From contig NZ_BCZP01000027.1 in the NCBI RefSeq assembly GCF_001598795.1, forward strand, positions 40,313-72,312: a stretch of 32,000 bases of DNA, written 5' to 3'. This DNA comes from Delftia acidovorans NBRC 14950 (GTDB lineage Bacteria; Pseudomonadota; Gammaproteobacteria; Burkholderiales; Burkholderiaceae_C). The notes under the pieces are model-generated. The model searched no databases. It was not told the DNA's origin and worked only from the letters and a program-made list of their open reading frames with translations. The first letter of the stretch is position 1, and each line of letters starts with the position of its first letter. The position numbers and the translations under genes are program-made. Of this stretch, positions 24,467-32,000 are shown one piece after another.

Positions 24467-24865
24467 TCACATATTCCGAAGCAATCGCATCACGTCATCT
24501 TTTCTAGGACTTTGCTGAGATTCAAGATATGCATAAATCTGCATCAACCTAGGTCGTAAGTTAGGCGAGGGCTTAACTGACATATTTTCAAGCTCTGATG
24601 CCGCAATCGCGGCCACCTGCAGGTGATCCGAATTTAGAAGCTTTGTTAACAGAGTGTCGGCGAATTCGCCCCCTGTAGCACCAGCAGCTTCGGCACATCT
24701 CTCTTGCCAGTAAGCAGGCTTTGTCAAAGCCCGCTCTGTAAGCTCGTACCAATCGGACGGTGAGAAATCATGCAGCTTATCCGCAGCAAGTTGAACACTA
24801 ACTTCTTGCCACCCAGAAGCAGGTGAGCCCAGCAAAGCGTCGTACGATTCATTCATGATATTCAT
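24467..24865 (-). CDS. Putative cognate immunity protein of the EndoU-like toxin tip
   Basis: The 132-aa ORF starts 6 nt after the toxin stop. It is AT-rich like the toxin tip and helical and acidic (…DWYELTERALTKPAYWQERCAEAAG…). The assignment rests on position only. Confidence 0.5.
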   Translation of the reverse strand: MNIMNESYDALLGSPASGWQEVSVQLAADKLHDFSPSDWYELTERALTKPAYWQERCAEAAGATGGEFADTLLTKLLNSDHLQVAAIAASELENMSVKPSPNLRPRLMQIYAYLESQQSPRKDDVMRLLRNM

Positions 24866-24871
24866 TTTAGT

Positions 24872-27800
24872 TCACGGAGGCGAAATTGGCCTTCCCCCGG
24901 TAGGGAAAGAGGATGTGATTATACCGTTCTCTTTTACCACTTGCCACTGAACTCCGTTGACAACGGATGTATGCACAGTGGTTTCCACTCCATTTGTATT
25001 CCGAAGCACAAAACCCGGCTGTTTTCCAGTTATCTTGCCTGCCTCAAGAATATCTGCATTCCCCCACGTTTCGGGGGCAATCGTTTGAATATTCGGTGAT
25101 TTTGCCTTTGAAAAACCAATGCTGCCATCCTTTCGAACGATTGTGCCTTTGAAGTCCGTCACCGAAATCGTCCCATCCGGGTTAACCGTGGAGTAAGGGT
25201 TCATCTGATAATTTGGAGAGCTCAGCACGTCGGGGGAGTGGCCTCCGACGAAGTTGTTAGTCCCGGGTTTTCCAGCGCCAAATAGAATTTTAGAGTCAAG
25301 TTGTGTCAGTGGCCCGAAAAAATCGGAATCACCAGGCACCGGCACGACGGTATTGCCAAATTTAACCCCCCCAAGCTGGGCCGCTCTGCTCCCTATTATC
25401 GGTCCCGAGAATGCATTGTCGAGTGCCGCTGCTGCTATACTACCAGTTGCTCGTATTCCAGTAACCGTTCCATATATTTCAGCGCCAGCTTGCAAGCTTG
25501 CACCGAGAATGGATGTTATTCCATCACCTAGATGCTCCTCGGAAAATGCGCGAGTTGGGTTGATTATATTGCTCTGAACGTAGGCTGCCGCAGGTGCCAA
25601 TTTGCCTAAGATAGCCTCTGCACCGGGACTGTCGGGCGTATAACTGTAGTTTGTTTGAAGAATATTCTGAACACCTACCGCAGTATCTACTCCACTCAAA
25701 ATGGCGTATGGAATGGAAGCCAGTGCACTACCAATACGTACAGTTTGGTTGTAGGTTCCACCCAGCACCAATTGCGCAGTTCCTTGAATATATTCAGCCC
25801 CACTTGGTGAGGCGATAGAAATATCTGTGTTAAATGCTGGAGCATTATCTAAACTAATAGATGGTAACGCTACAGGTTTCAGAATATTATGGCTAATTAC
25901 TTCGGTTGCACGCACATCGGAATCGTAGTAATCGTATCGCAAGCCCTGCGAATTTACCCCTTGATAGATGATCTTTGGAGTGGCATACATTGATGCCAAA
26001 TACCCGTTATTCCCGAAACTGTCTAAATTCTGTGTATTAATTCCGAATGATGGTATTGCGCGTTGTTCCCCATAACTGAGGCCAGCAGCGCCACCAAGCC
26101 TCAGATTCGGCTCGCCGTTTCCAGGAAGCAACCCAAGCGAGGCTCGGTCGTCAGACGCCAAACTATAGATTGAGGGTGTGGGCTGATTGAGTGACGCAAG
26201 GCTCTCTCCCAACGCATTCCCAAACGCATCGGTCGCCACCTGCTGGATGCTGATGCGCCCACCCCGCGCCACGGCAGCAGCCGTACCTGCCGCGAACCCG
26301 CTGATCGTGCCACGCGCGATGCCTGCCGCAGTCTGGTTCCACTCGCTGAACACGGTGGAGGTCTTGAGCTGGCCGTCCACATAGCTGCCCGCGGCGCCAC
26401 CGGCCGCGCTGGCCGCCACGCTCTTCCAGTCGAATCGGTCTTGTAGCCCCGTGACCACGCCAATACCCTGGGTCATGGCATTGGCCGTAGCTGCTCGCAT
26501 AGCTGCCGATTGCCAGTCCGTTCCGCCCAGCAGTTCCGTTCCTGCAAGGCCCTTGGTGATGCCACCGCTGAGCGCAGACAGAGCCACGCTCTTCCAACTG
26601 AAGCCGTCCTGCACCCCCATCAGATTGCCAGCGACTTGGCTGGCGATGGAGCCTGCGGCCCCTCCTACTGCAGCACCCATCGCCGAGGTGGTGGCAGTGG
26701 CTCCGGCTCCGCTGATCAGCCCGGGCACCCCCATATTGGCGAGGAACTGAGGAGCATAGACGGCAACCACTACAGCCACCGCCACCATGATGATCTTGCC
26801 CAGCGCCCCGCAGCCACCTCCCTGGCCCGCAGGCGCAGGCAGCACCGAATCCAGGCTGCCCGTGACCCGGCTCGGGTCATAGGGCTGGAAGGTGTCTGCG
26901 TTGTTGGCGTTCAGGGCCAGCTTGGGAATGCTCAGGGTCTGGCCGGCCGTGAGCTCGCCGTCGCCCGAGACGGCCAGGCCGTTGGCTTCCGCTATGCGCC
27001 ACCACAGGCTGCTGTCGCCCAGCACGTTGCGGGCGATGGTCTTGAGGGTTTCGCCGCCGACCACGGTGTAGCTCATCGCGCTGAAGTTGGTGTCGCGCAG
27101 CTTCAGGGCAGGGGCGTTCAGGTGGAATTCTGCGGTGTTGACGTATTTGGGGACGTCTCCAGCCTTGGGCGGGTTCTCGGAGTCGGGGGCGTCGCCGTAG
27201 CGGGCCAGGACTTCGCCGTTGGCCACCAGTTGCCGTTGCACGTGGCCGGGGTTGATGGCGTCGCCGATGAAGCCGCCGATGTAGCCACCGGGCTCGTTCT
27301 GGATGCGACCGCCCTTGTCGGCCGTGGTGCCGGCGCTCTGGTTGACGTAGAGCGCATTGCCGCGCGCGTCGTTGACGAAGGCCCGGTTGTAGCGGGTGTC
27401 GTAGACCTCCCCTTTCTGCTCGATGTTGCTGATGAAGCCGTTGGCGTCGCGCCAGGTGTTGGTGGTGGCCGTGCGGCCCCCCTGGGTGGTGGTGGACTCG
27501 GTCTGCTGGTAGCTGCCGTTGAACTGGTACTTGTAGGTGGTGCGCGTGGCATCACCGGTGTTGCCATTCGTGGTCTGCACTTGCCCGCGCAGGTTGCCAG
27601 CGGCGTCGTAGCCCAGGCTGGGGTCGGTGGTGCCGGGGGCGCCATGGTAGGCGACGTCGGTGTGCTGGATCTTTTGCTGGTTGTCGGCGCGGCGCATGAC
27701 GACGCGGGTGTCCTGCACGCGGCCCAGGGTGTCGTACTGGTTGTAGCGGTGTTCGGCTTCGCCGGTGCTGCTCAATGTCTTGGCATAGACCTGTCGGCCG

Positions 27801-30800
27801 GCTCCGTCGTAGAGGATCTGGCCGGACTGCGTGGCCTTGCCCGACTGGCTGATGCTGAAGCTGTCCAGCCGGTGCAGGTCGTCGTAGACGTAGTGGTTGA
27901 CCGTTTCCTGGGCGGCCTTGCCAGAGGTCTGTTCACTGGCAATGTCGCTGGTGCGGTTGCCGGCCAGGTCGTAGGCGTAGTTGTGCTTGAGGGTGGTGGA
28001 GGTGATTTGCTCAAGTCCCACCTTCTGGATCTGCCATTCGAAGCTGACAGTCTGCCGGTTCATGGCGTCGTATGCATAGGTCGTCAGGCTGGCATTGTCC
28101 ACCTGGTCGTACCAGCCAGGCGATTGCCACCATTGGCCCGCGAAGTTCACCTTGTAGAGGTTGTTGATGACGCTGGTCTTGACCTGGCTGCGGTTGCCGG
28201 CCAGGTCATAGCTGATGCGCACGTCGGTGCGGCCATCGAAGCTGGCGCGCAGGCGGTTCTGGGCATCGTAGAACAGGTGGTTGTCCTGGTAGACCACGTT
28301 TTCGATGAGGCCGGAGGACAGCTTGGTCTTCTGGGTGAGCTTTTCGGTGAGTCGGTTGCCGGCCAGGTCATAGGTGTAGCTGCTGAGCTGGCCCAGGTAG
28401 TTGTCCTTGATTTCGATGAGCTGGCCCGCGCCATCGTAGCGGTAGTCCAGGCTCTTGCCCTTGGTGTTGCCCTCATGGGTGAGCTGGCCGGCCTTGTTGT
28501 AGTCGTACTGGTAGTAGACGCGTGAGGCGTTGTCCAGTTGCGAGTCGCTTCGGGCTGTCAGGCGACCGAAGATGTCGTAACTCCAGTCCTGGGTCATGGC
28601 GCTGGCGCCATCTCCGGCACCGGTAAAGCCTATCTTGCGGCCCAGCGTGTCGTAGCGGTAGTAGTTGACGTTGCTCAGCCCGCCCAGTGTCACGGTGGGG
28701 CCGGGTACGGCCGGCGATGCGGTGACCTTGACCTGCTCCTGCCCGCTCATGGTCACGTTGCCGGCCAGGTCGTAGCGGTAGCGTGTGGCTTCGTTGTTGC
28801 CGTTGATGACGCGCACCTTGCGGCCGGCCTCGTCGTACTGGATGGTTTCGAGCGTGCGCAAGGCAATGGCGTTCTGGGGATCGGCCCCCGAGACGCCGTT
28901 GGCCGCATGGACGCTACCGTTGACACCATTGGCCACCGCGCCGTTGACCGATCCCAACTCGAACCGCGAGAGGGTGGACGTCGATGCCAGTGTCGTGGAG
29001 GTCAGCCGCGATAGCTTGTCATAGCTGTAGTCGGTGACCACGGTGCGCGTGGCGGTCATGCGCTCGGCTGCACTGATCTTGTCGCCAAAGGCGTTGTAGC
29101 TGAGGTCTATGCGCCCGCCGTCGGCCTTGCGCTCCTGCACCACGTTGCCGGCCAAGTCACGGACCTGGGCGTTGATGTTGCCCTTGCCGTCACGCACGCC
29201 GACCTGGCGGCCCAGTGCGTCGTAGTAGATGCGCGTGGTGGTGTATTCGGTGGGGCCTTCGTAGCTGGCCAGCTGGGTCTGGGAGGTGAGCTGGTTGCTG
29301 GCGTTGTAGGTGAAGCTGGTCTTGAACAGGGTCTGGCCAGCCTGCACGCGCGGGTCGTCCACCCCGGTGAGGTTGCCCCAGCGGTCGTACTCGCGGTTGG
29401 TGACGGCGCGGTTGCTGAGGTTGAAGGGCGTGCCGGCCCACACGCGGGTCTGCACGGTTTCCGTGTAGGGCGGGGTGGTCTCCTGCAGGCTGATGGCGCT
29501 CGAGGAGGGGACGGTGACCTTGACGATCGATTTGGCGACATAGGCCGCGTGCTGGGCCGTGGCCGGGTATTCGATCTCGATCGTGATCCTGTACTCGGTA
29601 TTGGGCGTGAGCGCATCCAGCACGATGCCCTGCAGCGGCGCCCAGTTCGGGAAGTGGATGCGGTTGTCGCCCTGGCGCCACAGGGTGGGCGTGCCGCCCG
29701 GCAGGCTGGGGTAGGAACTGACCTTGACGCGTGCACCGACCTCCGGGGCGCTCCAGTGCAGCATGTTGTAGATCTGCCCGTCGATGGCCGCCTGGCTGGT
29801 GCCCACGCCGGCGACGTTGGCCGTGGCAATCATCTCGGCGCTGAGCACCCAGGGATTGGTGATGTCGTATTCCTGCGTGGTGGTCAGGTAGTCGCCCAGG
29901 GGCTGGTTGCCCATGGCGTTGCGGTTGTAGGCCGCATACAGCGGCACCATGTCATCGGCCGGGACCTTGGAGATGTAGCCGTCGAATTGGTAGGCGCTCT
30001 GGTACCAGGTGGTGGGCGACCACGGGTAGTTGGCGGCCGGCTTGGAGTTCAGGGTGACGAAGGAGCCGCCGTTGACATCCTGCGGATTGGCCGTGAGGCG
30101 GAAGACGGTGGAGGCGCCGTATTTGTACTGGTACAGGCGCTGGTTGGTGGCCGAGGGCGAGGTCTCCACATAGCCGACGATGCCGTCATAGATGACGGCG
30201 CCGGCAGCCTCCAGCGCCTTGAATTCGGAGAAGACCGTGGGATCGGCCGAGGTGAGGTGGTGCTGGTTGTTCTGGTAGGTGAAGAGGAAACGGTGCAGAG
30301 GCACGCGGCCGGGAGCAGGGCTGCTCCAGACATAGCCGACCACGCCCAGGTTGGTGACGTTGCGTTTTTCCAGAACCGGCGCGGGCGAGACGTTGGTCAT
30401 GGCCACGTTGCCTGGTGTTCCGACCTGGCCTGTGGCATGCACCTTCTCGCCCGTGGCGGTGTTGGTGGCGATCACCTCGTATTCGATGCTGCCCGGGCCC
30501 CAGTTGACGGCCACGCCTTGCCTGTTGATGCCCATGCCCACGGTGCGCCCGTCGCCATAGGCGAACAGGCCGTTGCCGACCGTGCGCGTGGTCACGGCAG
30601 AGCTGTTGCCCTGGGGCCAGTAGCGGAATTCCACAGTCCAGCCCGCCGCAGGCTTGGGCCACTGCAGCACGCGGTAGGGGTAGCCGTCGATGATGGCACT
30701 GCCCTGTTCCACGCCGCCGGGCAGGGGCGGCAGGTTGCCGTTGGTGCTTTCTGCACCGATGGTGAAGGTGCCCGAACCCACATCGCGCGTCATCTGCGCA

Positions 30801-32000
30801 TTGGTGTTGCGCACGCGGTATTCGTAGTTGCCGGCGGGGAACTGGCTGACGTCGAAACGGTGGGCCGAGCCGAACGAGGTCTGTATGCCCACGGGCGCGG
30901 TGGTCCAGCCGTCATTGCTGCCGTAGCGGCGGTATTCGAGCGTGGTCTTGCTGACCAGGTCCTGCGGGTAGCTGACTTCGATGCTCAGGCCCATGACCTT
31001 GGCGAACATGAGCGAGGTGTGGGAAGACCCTCCGAAGGTGGCCCTCGGCAATCCCAGCAGGGCGTTGCGGTCAGTGATGGAGGTGGTGTACAGGCCGTCG
31101 CCGCGCCCACTGGCCTTGTTGTCCAGCCTGTAGAGCTTGGTCATGCCCGGCACTTCGGTGGTTGCGCCGGGGGCCACGTAGCCCTCTATGCCCTGGTTCT
31201 GCCACGAACCGCCGGCCGATGGCGCGCCGCCATTCGTGTACAGAGAGACATCGGGGTCGCCAGCCTTTGTCCAGCGGTACAGCGGTATAAGACCGGGTTG
31301 CGGATCGCGGCTCACGTAGCCGGCCGTGCCCTCATCCAACCAGCCCTTGGACTGGTTGAGCAGGCGCTCGCGCTCGGTCAGGCTGGTGGTGAAGTAGTGG
31401 GTATCGGTGTAGCGGTTGTAGTAGCGGTAGATGGGAATGCGGCCGTCTCCGGCCTCGTTCCAGATCTGGCCGGGGCTGCTGCCCTCGGTCCAGTTGAGGG
31501 TAGAGGGCTGTGCGGGGCCGTCCACGCTGTACAGCGACTGCCATTTGCCGAAGACGTCCATCTTCTCGACCAGGACCTTCTTGATGGCGCCTATGCCTGG
31601 AGCGTCCGCACTCGCATTGGCCCATTTGAGGCTGTAGCCTTCCACGGCTTCCTCGGCAGGCACGATGACGGTCTTGGTCTGGTCGCGCAGACTGGTGACG
31701 TTATAGGTGCCGCTGTGCTGGGTGTTCAGCGTGAATGCCCGCGTGTCGTAGGTCAGCGTGATGCGCACGTCGCCGCTGCCCAGGTCTTCCAGCGAGCGCC
31801 AGACCAGGTCCACCTGGTTGTAGGGCTTGCGTTGGTACTCGACAGGCACAGTCTGGACGTCCACCTCGCTTTGCGAGATCACCCCATACAGCATGTTCTG
31901 CCGCGTGGTGATGCTCATCGGCTGCTCGGTCGCACGCTCGGGCGCCAGCGTCTGCACCAGCCGGCCCAGCGCGTCGTAGCGCATGTCCGTGCGCCGGAAC
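24872..32000 (-). CDS. Giant YD (Rhs-type)-repeat / LysM polymorphic toxin, 5' end outside window
   Basis: A single uninterrupted ORF stays open to the window edge (...FRRTDMRYDALGRLV). It has many YD repeats (YDALGR, YDLAGN, YDGAGQ, YDAAGN), lectin-like YRxYN...H(F/Y)(Y/F)T...GW..EG repeats, a LysM domain, a TM helix LGKIIMVAVAVVVAVYAPQFL, a G/A-rich region, the junction QQVATDAFGNALG, and then an AT-rich C-terminal module. Confidence 0.88.
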   Translation of the reverse strand, partial: FRRTDMRYDALGRLVQTLAPERATEQPMSITTRQNMLYGVISQSEVDVQTVPVEYQRKPYNQVDLVWRSLEDLGSGDVRITLTYDTRAFTLNTQHSGTYNVTSLRDQTKTVIVPAEEAVEGYSLKWANASADAPGIGAIKKVLVEKMDVFGKWQSLYSVDGPAQPSTLNWTEGSSPGQIWNEAGDGRIPIYRYYNRYTDTHYFTTSLTERERLLNQSKGWLDEGTAGYVSRDPQPGLIPLYRWTKAGDPDVSLYTNGGAPSAGGSWQNQGIEGYVAPGATTEVPGMTKLYRLDNKASGRGDGLYTTSITDRNALLGLPRATFGGSSHTSLMFAKVMGLSIEVSYPQDLVSKTTLEYRRYGSNDGWTTAPVGIQTSFGSAHRFDVSQFPAGNYEYRVRNTNAQMTRDVGSGTFTIGAESTNGNLPPLPGGVEQGSAIIDGYPYRVLQWPKPAAGWTVEFRYWPQGNSSAVTTRTVGNGLFAYGDGRTVGMGINRQGVAVNWGPGSIEYEVIATNTATGEKVHATGQVGTPGNVAMTNVSPAPVLEKRNVTNLGVVGYVWSSPAPGRVPLHRFLFTYQNNQHHLTSADPTVFSEFKALEAAGAVIYDGIVGYVETSPSATNQRLYQYKYGASTVFRLTANPQDVNGGSFVTLNSKPAANYPWSPTTWYQSAYQFDGYISKVPADDMVPLYAAYNRNAMGNQPLGDYLTTTQEYDITNPWVLSAEMIATANVAGVGTSQAAIDGQIYNMLHWSAPEVGARVKVSSYPSLPGGTPTLWRQGDNRIHFPNWAPLQGIVLDALTPNTEYRITIEIEYPATAQHAAYVAKSIVKVTVPSSSAISLQETTPPYTETVQTRVWAGTPFNLSNRAVTNREYDRWGNLTGVDDPRVQAGQTLFKTSFTYNASNQLTSQTQLASYEGPTEYTTTRIYYDALGRQVGVRDGKGNINAQVRDLAGNVVQERKADGGRIDLSYNAFGDKISAAERMTATRTVVTDYSYDKLSRLTSTTLASTSTLSRFELGSVNGAVANGVNGSVHAANGVSGADPQNAIALRTLETIQYDEAGRKVRVINGNNEATRYRYDLAGNVTMSGQEQVKVTASPAVPGPTVTLGGLSNVNYYRYDTLGRKIGFTGAGDGASAMTQDWSYDIFGRLTARSDSQLDNASRVYYQYDYNKAGQLTHEGNTKGKSLDYRYDGAGQLIEIKDNYLGQLSSYTYDLAGNRLTEKLTQKTKLSSGLIENVVYQDNHLFYDAQNRLRASFDGRTDVRISYDLAGNRSQVKTSVINNLYKVNFAGQWWQSPGWYDQVDNASLTTYAYDAMNRQTVSFEWQIQKVGLEQITSTTLKHNYAYDLAGNRTSDIASEQTSGKAAQETVNHYVYDDLHRLDSFSISQSGKATQSGQILYDGAGRQVYAKTLSSTGEAEHRYNQYDTLGRVQDTRVVMRRADNQQKIQHTDVAYHGAPGTTDPSLGYDAAGNLRGQVQTTNGNTGDATRTTYKYQFNGSYQQTESTTTQGGRTATTNTWRDANGFISNIEQKGEVYDTRYNRAFVNDARGNALYVNQSAGTTADKGGRIQNEPGGYIGGFIGDAINPGHVQRQLVANGEVLARYGDAPDSENPPKAGDVPKYVNTAEFHLNAPALKLRDTNFSAMSYTVVGGETLKTIARNVLGDSSLWWRIAEANGLAVSGDGELTAGQTLSIPKLALNANNADTFQPYDPSRVTGSLDSVLPAPAGQGGGCGALGKIIMVAVAVVVAVYAPQFLANMGVPGLISGAGATATTSAMGAAVGGAAGSIASQVAGNLMGVQDGFSWKSVALSALSGGITKGLAGTELLGGTDWQSAAMRAATANAMTQGIGVVTGLQDRFDWKSVAASAAGGAAGSYVDGQLKTSTVFSEWNQTAAGIARGTISGFAAGTAAAVARGGRISIQQVATDAFGNALGESLASLNQPTPSIYSLASDDRASLGLLPGNGEPNLRLGGAAGLSYGEQRAIPSFGINTQNLDSFGNNGYLASMYATPKIIYQGVNSQGLRYDYYDSDVRATEVISHNILKPVALPSISLDNAPAFNTDISIASPSGAEYIQGTAQLVLGGTYNQTVRIGSALASIPYAILSGVDTAVGVQNILQTNYSYTPDSPGAEAILGKLAPAAAYVQSNIINPTRAFSEEHLGDGITSILGASLQAGAEIYGTVTGIRATGSIAAAALDNAFSGPIIGSRAAQLGGVKFGNTVVPVPGDSDFFGPLTQLDSKILFGAGKPGTNNFVGGHSPDVLSSPNYQMNPYSTVNPDGTISVTDFKGTIVRKDGSIGFSKAKSPNIQTIAPETWGNADILEAGKITGKQPGFVLRNTNGVETTVHTSVVNGVQWQVVKENGIITSSFPTGGRPISPP
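24875..25264 (-). other. EndoU-like nuclease toxin domain (C-terminal about 130 aa of the giant ORF)
   Basis: NNFVGGHSP...KAKSPNIQTIAPETWGNADILEAGKI...VNGVQWQVVKENGIITSSFPTG matches my recollection of the bacterial EndoU toxin pattern (GGH ... FPxxW ... I-T-x-[FY]-P near the C-terminus). Confidence 0.5.
26208..26245 (-). repeat. Junction box, main-gene copy (38 nt identical to 22436-22473)
   Basis: The same 38-mer as the orphan copy. GC drops sharply immediately 3' of it in the gene (lower coordinates). Confidence 0.95.
26838..28745. repeat. 1.9-kb dispersed duplicate (copy 2, inside the intact toxin gene)
   Basis: Partner of 18754-20638. The boundaries were read from where identity starts (ggcagcaccgaatccagg) and ends (gtgaccttgacctgctcctg). 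Confidence 0.85.
26921..27070 (-). other. LysM peptidoglycan-binding domain within the giant toxin
   Basis: YTVVGGETLKTIARNVLGDSSLWWRIAEANGLAVSGDGELTAGQTLSIPK fits the LysM consensus (Y.V..GDTL..IA........ L...N.l.....l..GQ.L.IP). Confidence 0.85.
29857..31447 (-). other. Region of lectin-like repeats interleaved with beta-sandwich-like modules in the giant toxin
   Basis: Repeats include RIPIYRYYNRYTDTHYFTTSLTERERLLNQSKGWLDEGTAGYV, LIPLYRWTKAGDPDVSLYT...WQNQGIEGYV, MTKLYRLDNKASGRGDGLYTTSITDRNALL, RVPLHRFLFTYQNNQHHLTSADPTVFSEFKALEAAGAVIYDGIVGYV and MVPLYAAYNRNAMGNQPLGDYLTTTQEYD. They resemble the repeat I recall being catalogued as DUF5648. IDGxxYxxLxW modules lie between them. Confidence 0.5.

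Noticed and set aside
1452-28525. Very long ORFs antisense to or overlapping the called genes. Examples: 3833-5428(-) 531 aa, 6214-7800(-) 528 aa, 8803-10662(-) 619 aa, 12920-14560(-) 546 aa, 15211-16650(-) 479 aa, 19146-20603(+) 485 aa, 26510-28525(+) 671 aa, and 11424-12965(+) 513 aa.
   Set aside because: These are typical shadow ORFs of high-GC DNA. Their translations are Arg/Ala/Gly/His/Pro-rich with no recognisable motifs. Each overlaps a gene on the other strand or frame that has strong family signatures.
18754-28745. The idea that the two 1.9-kb copies are a diversity-generating retroelement template/variable repeat pair.
   Set aside because: No reverse transcriptase gene lies in the window. 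The repeats are far longer than DGR TR/VR pairs. The differences are clustered blocks and indels rather than adenine-specific substitutions.
24872-29407. Calling the large ORF a canonical Rhs protein with an RHS-associated core domain.
   Set aside because: YD repeats are abundant, but I could not find a PxxxxDPxGL-type core-end motif before the variable region. The conserved/variable boundary is instead at QQVATDAFGNALG, after a LysM domain and a TM helix. I therefore describe it as YD-repeat (Rhs-type) only.
1-32000. A functional link between the flagellar-type export cluster and the adjacent giant toxin, with the toxin as a substrate of the T3SS-like apparatus.
   Set aside because: The only evidence is adjacency. 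The two blocks are convergent and meet at what looks like a rearrangement scar. A protein of more than 2400 aa that forms a YD cage and carries a TM segment is an implausible flagellar T3SS substrate.

Overview
This is a high-GC proteobacterial chromosome segment (about two-thirds G+C by eye). Two contrasting halves meet head-on near 18.7 kb. (A) 1-18733, all + strand: a compact flagellar-type basal-body, hook and export cluster, much of it joined by ATGA/TGATG start-stop overlaps. Gene order is flhA (3' part), flgF, flgG, flgA, flgH, flgI, flgB, flgC, fliE, fliF, a short 206-aa FliG-like gene, fliH, fliI, fliJ, fliK-like, flgD, flgE, a FliM/SctQ-like SpoA-domain gene, fliN, fliO, fliP, a sigma-28 (FliA)-type sigma factor and a 390-aa TPR protein. 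The switch-complex genes look atypical. The FliG-like protein has no room for the C-terminal torque domain, and the FliM-like protein has no recognisable N-terminal CheY-binding peptide. No stator, flagellin, hook-junction, flgJ or fliQ/fliR/flhB genes lie in the window. (B) 18696-32000, all - strand: a polymorphic-toxin island. A YD (Rhs-type)-repeat protein of more than 2370 aa (5' end outside the window) carries lectin-like YRxYN...H(F/Y)(Y/F)T repeats, beta-sandwich-like modules, YD repeats, a LysM domain, a TM helix and a Gly/Ala-rich segment. It then has a conserved junction motif QQVATDAFGNALG and an abruptly AT-rich C-terminal module of about 440 aa that ends in an EndoU-like nuclease domain. 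A small AT-rich putative immunity gene follows 6 nt later. Downstream are four more elements. First, an IS5-family IS (about 877-881 bp) sits inside an AT-rich orphan module (a nucleotidyltransferase-fold ORF plus a partner ORF). Second, there is a second orphan toxin tip that keeps the same junction motif (38 nt identical to the main gene) and has small coupled downstream ORFs. Third, there is a 366-bp hairpin-rich spacer. Fourth, a 1.9-kb truncated, mosaic duplicate of the YD-LysM segment runs into the 3' end of the TPR gene. I recognised no rRNA, tRNA or CRISPR array. All calls rest on reading the translations and sequence by eye; no database search was possible.
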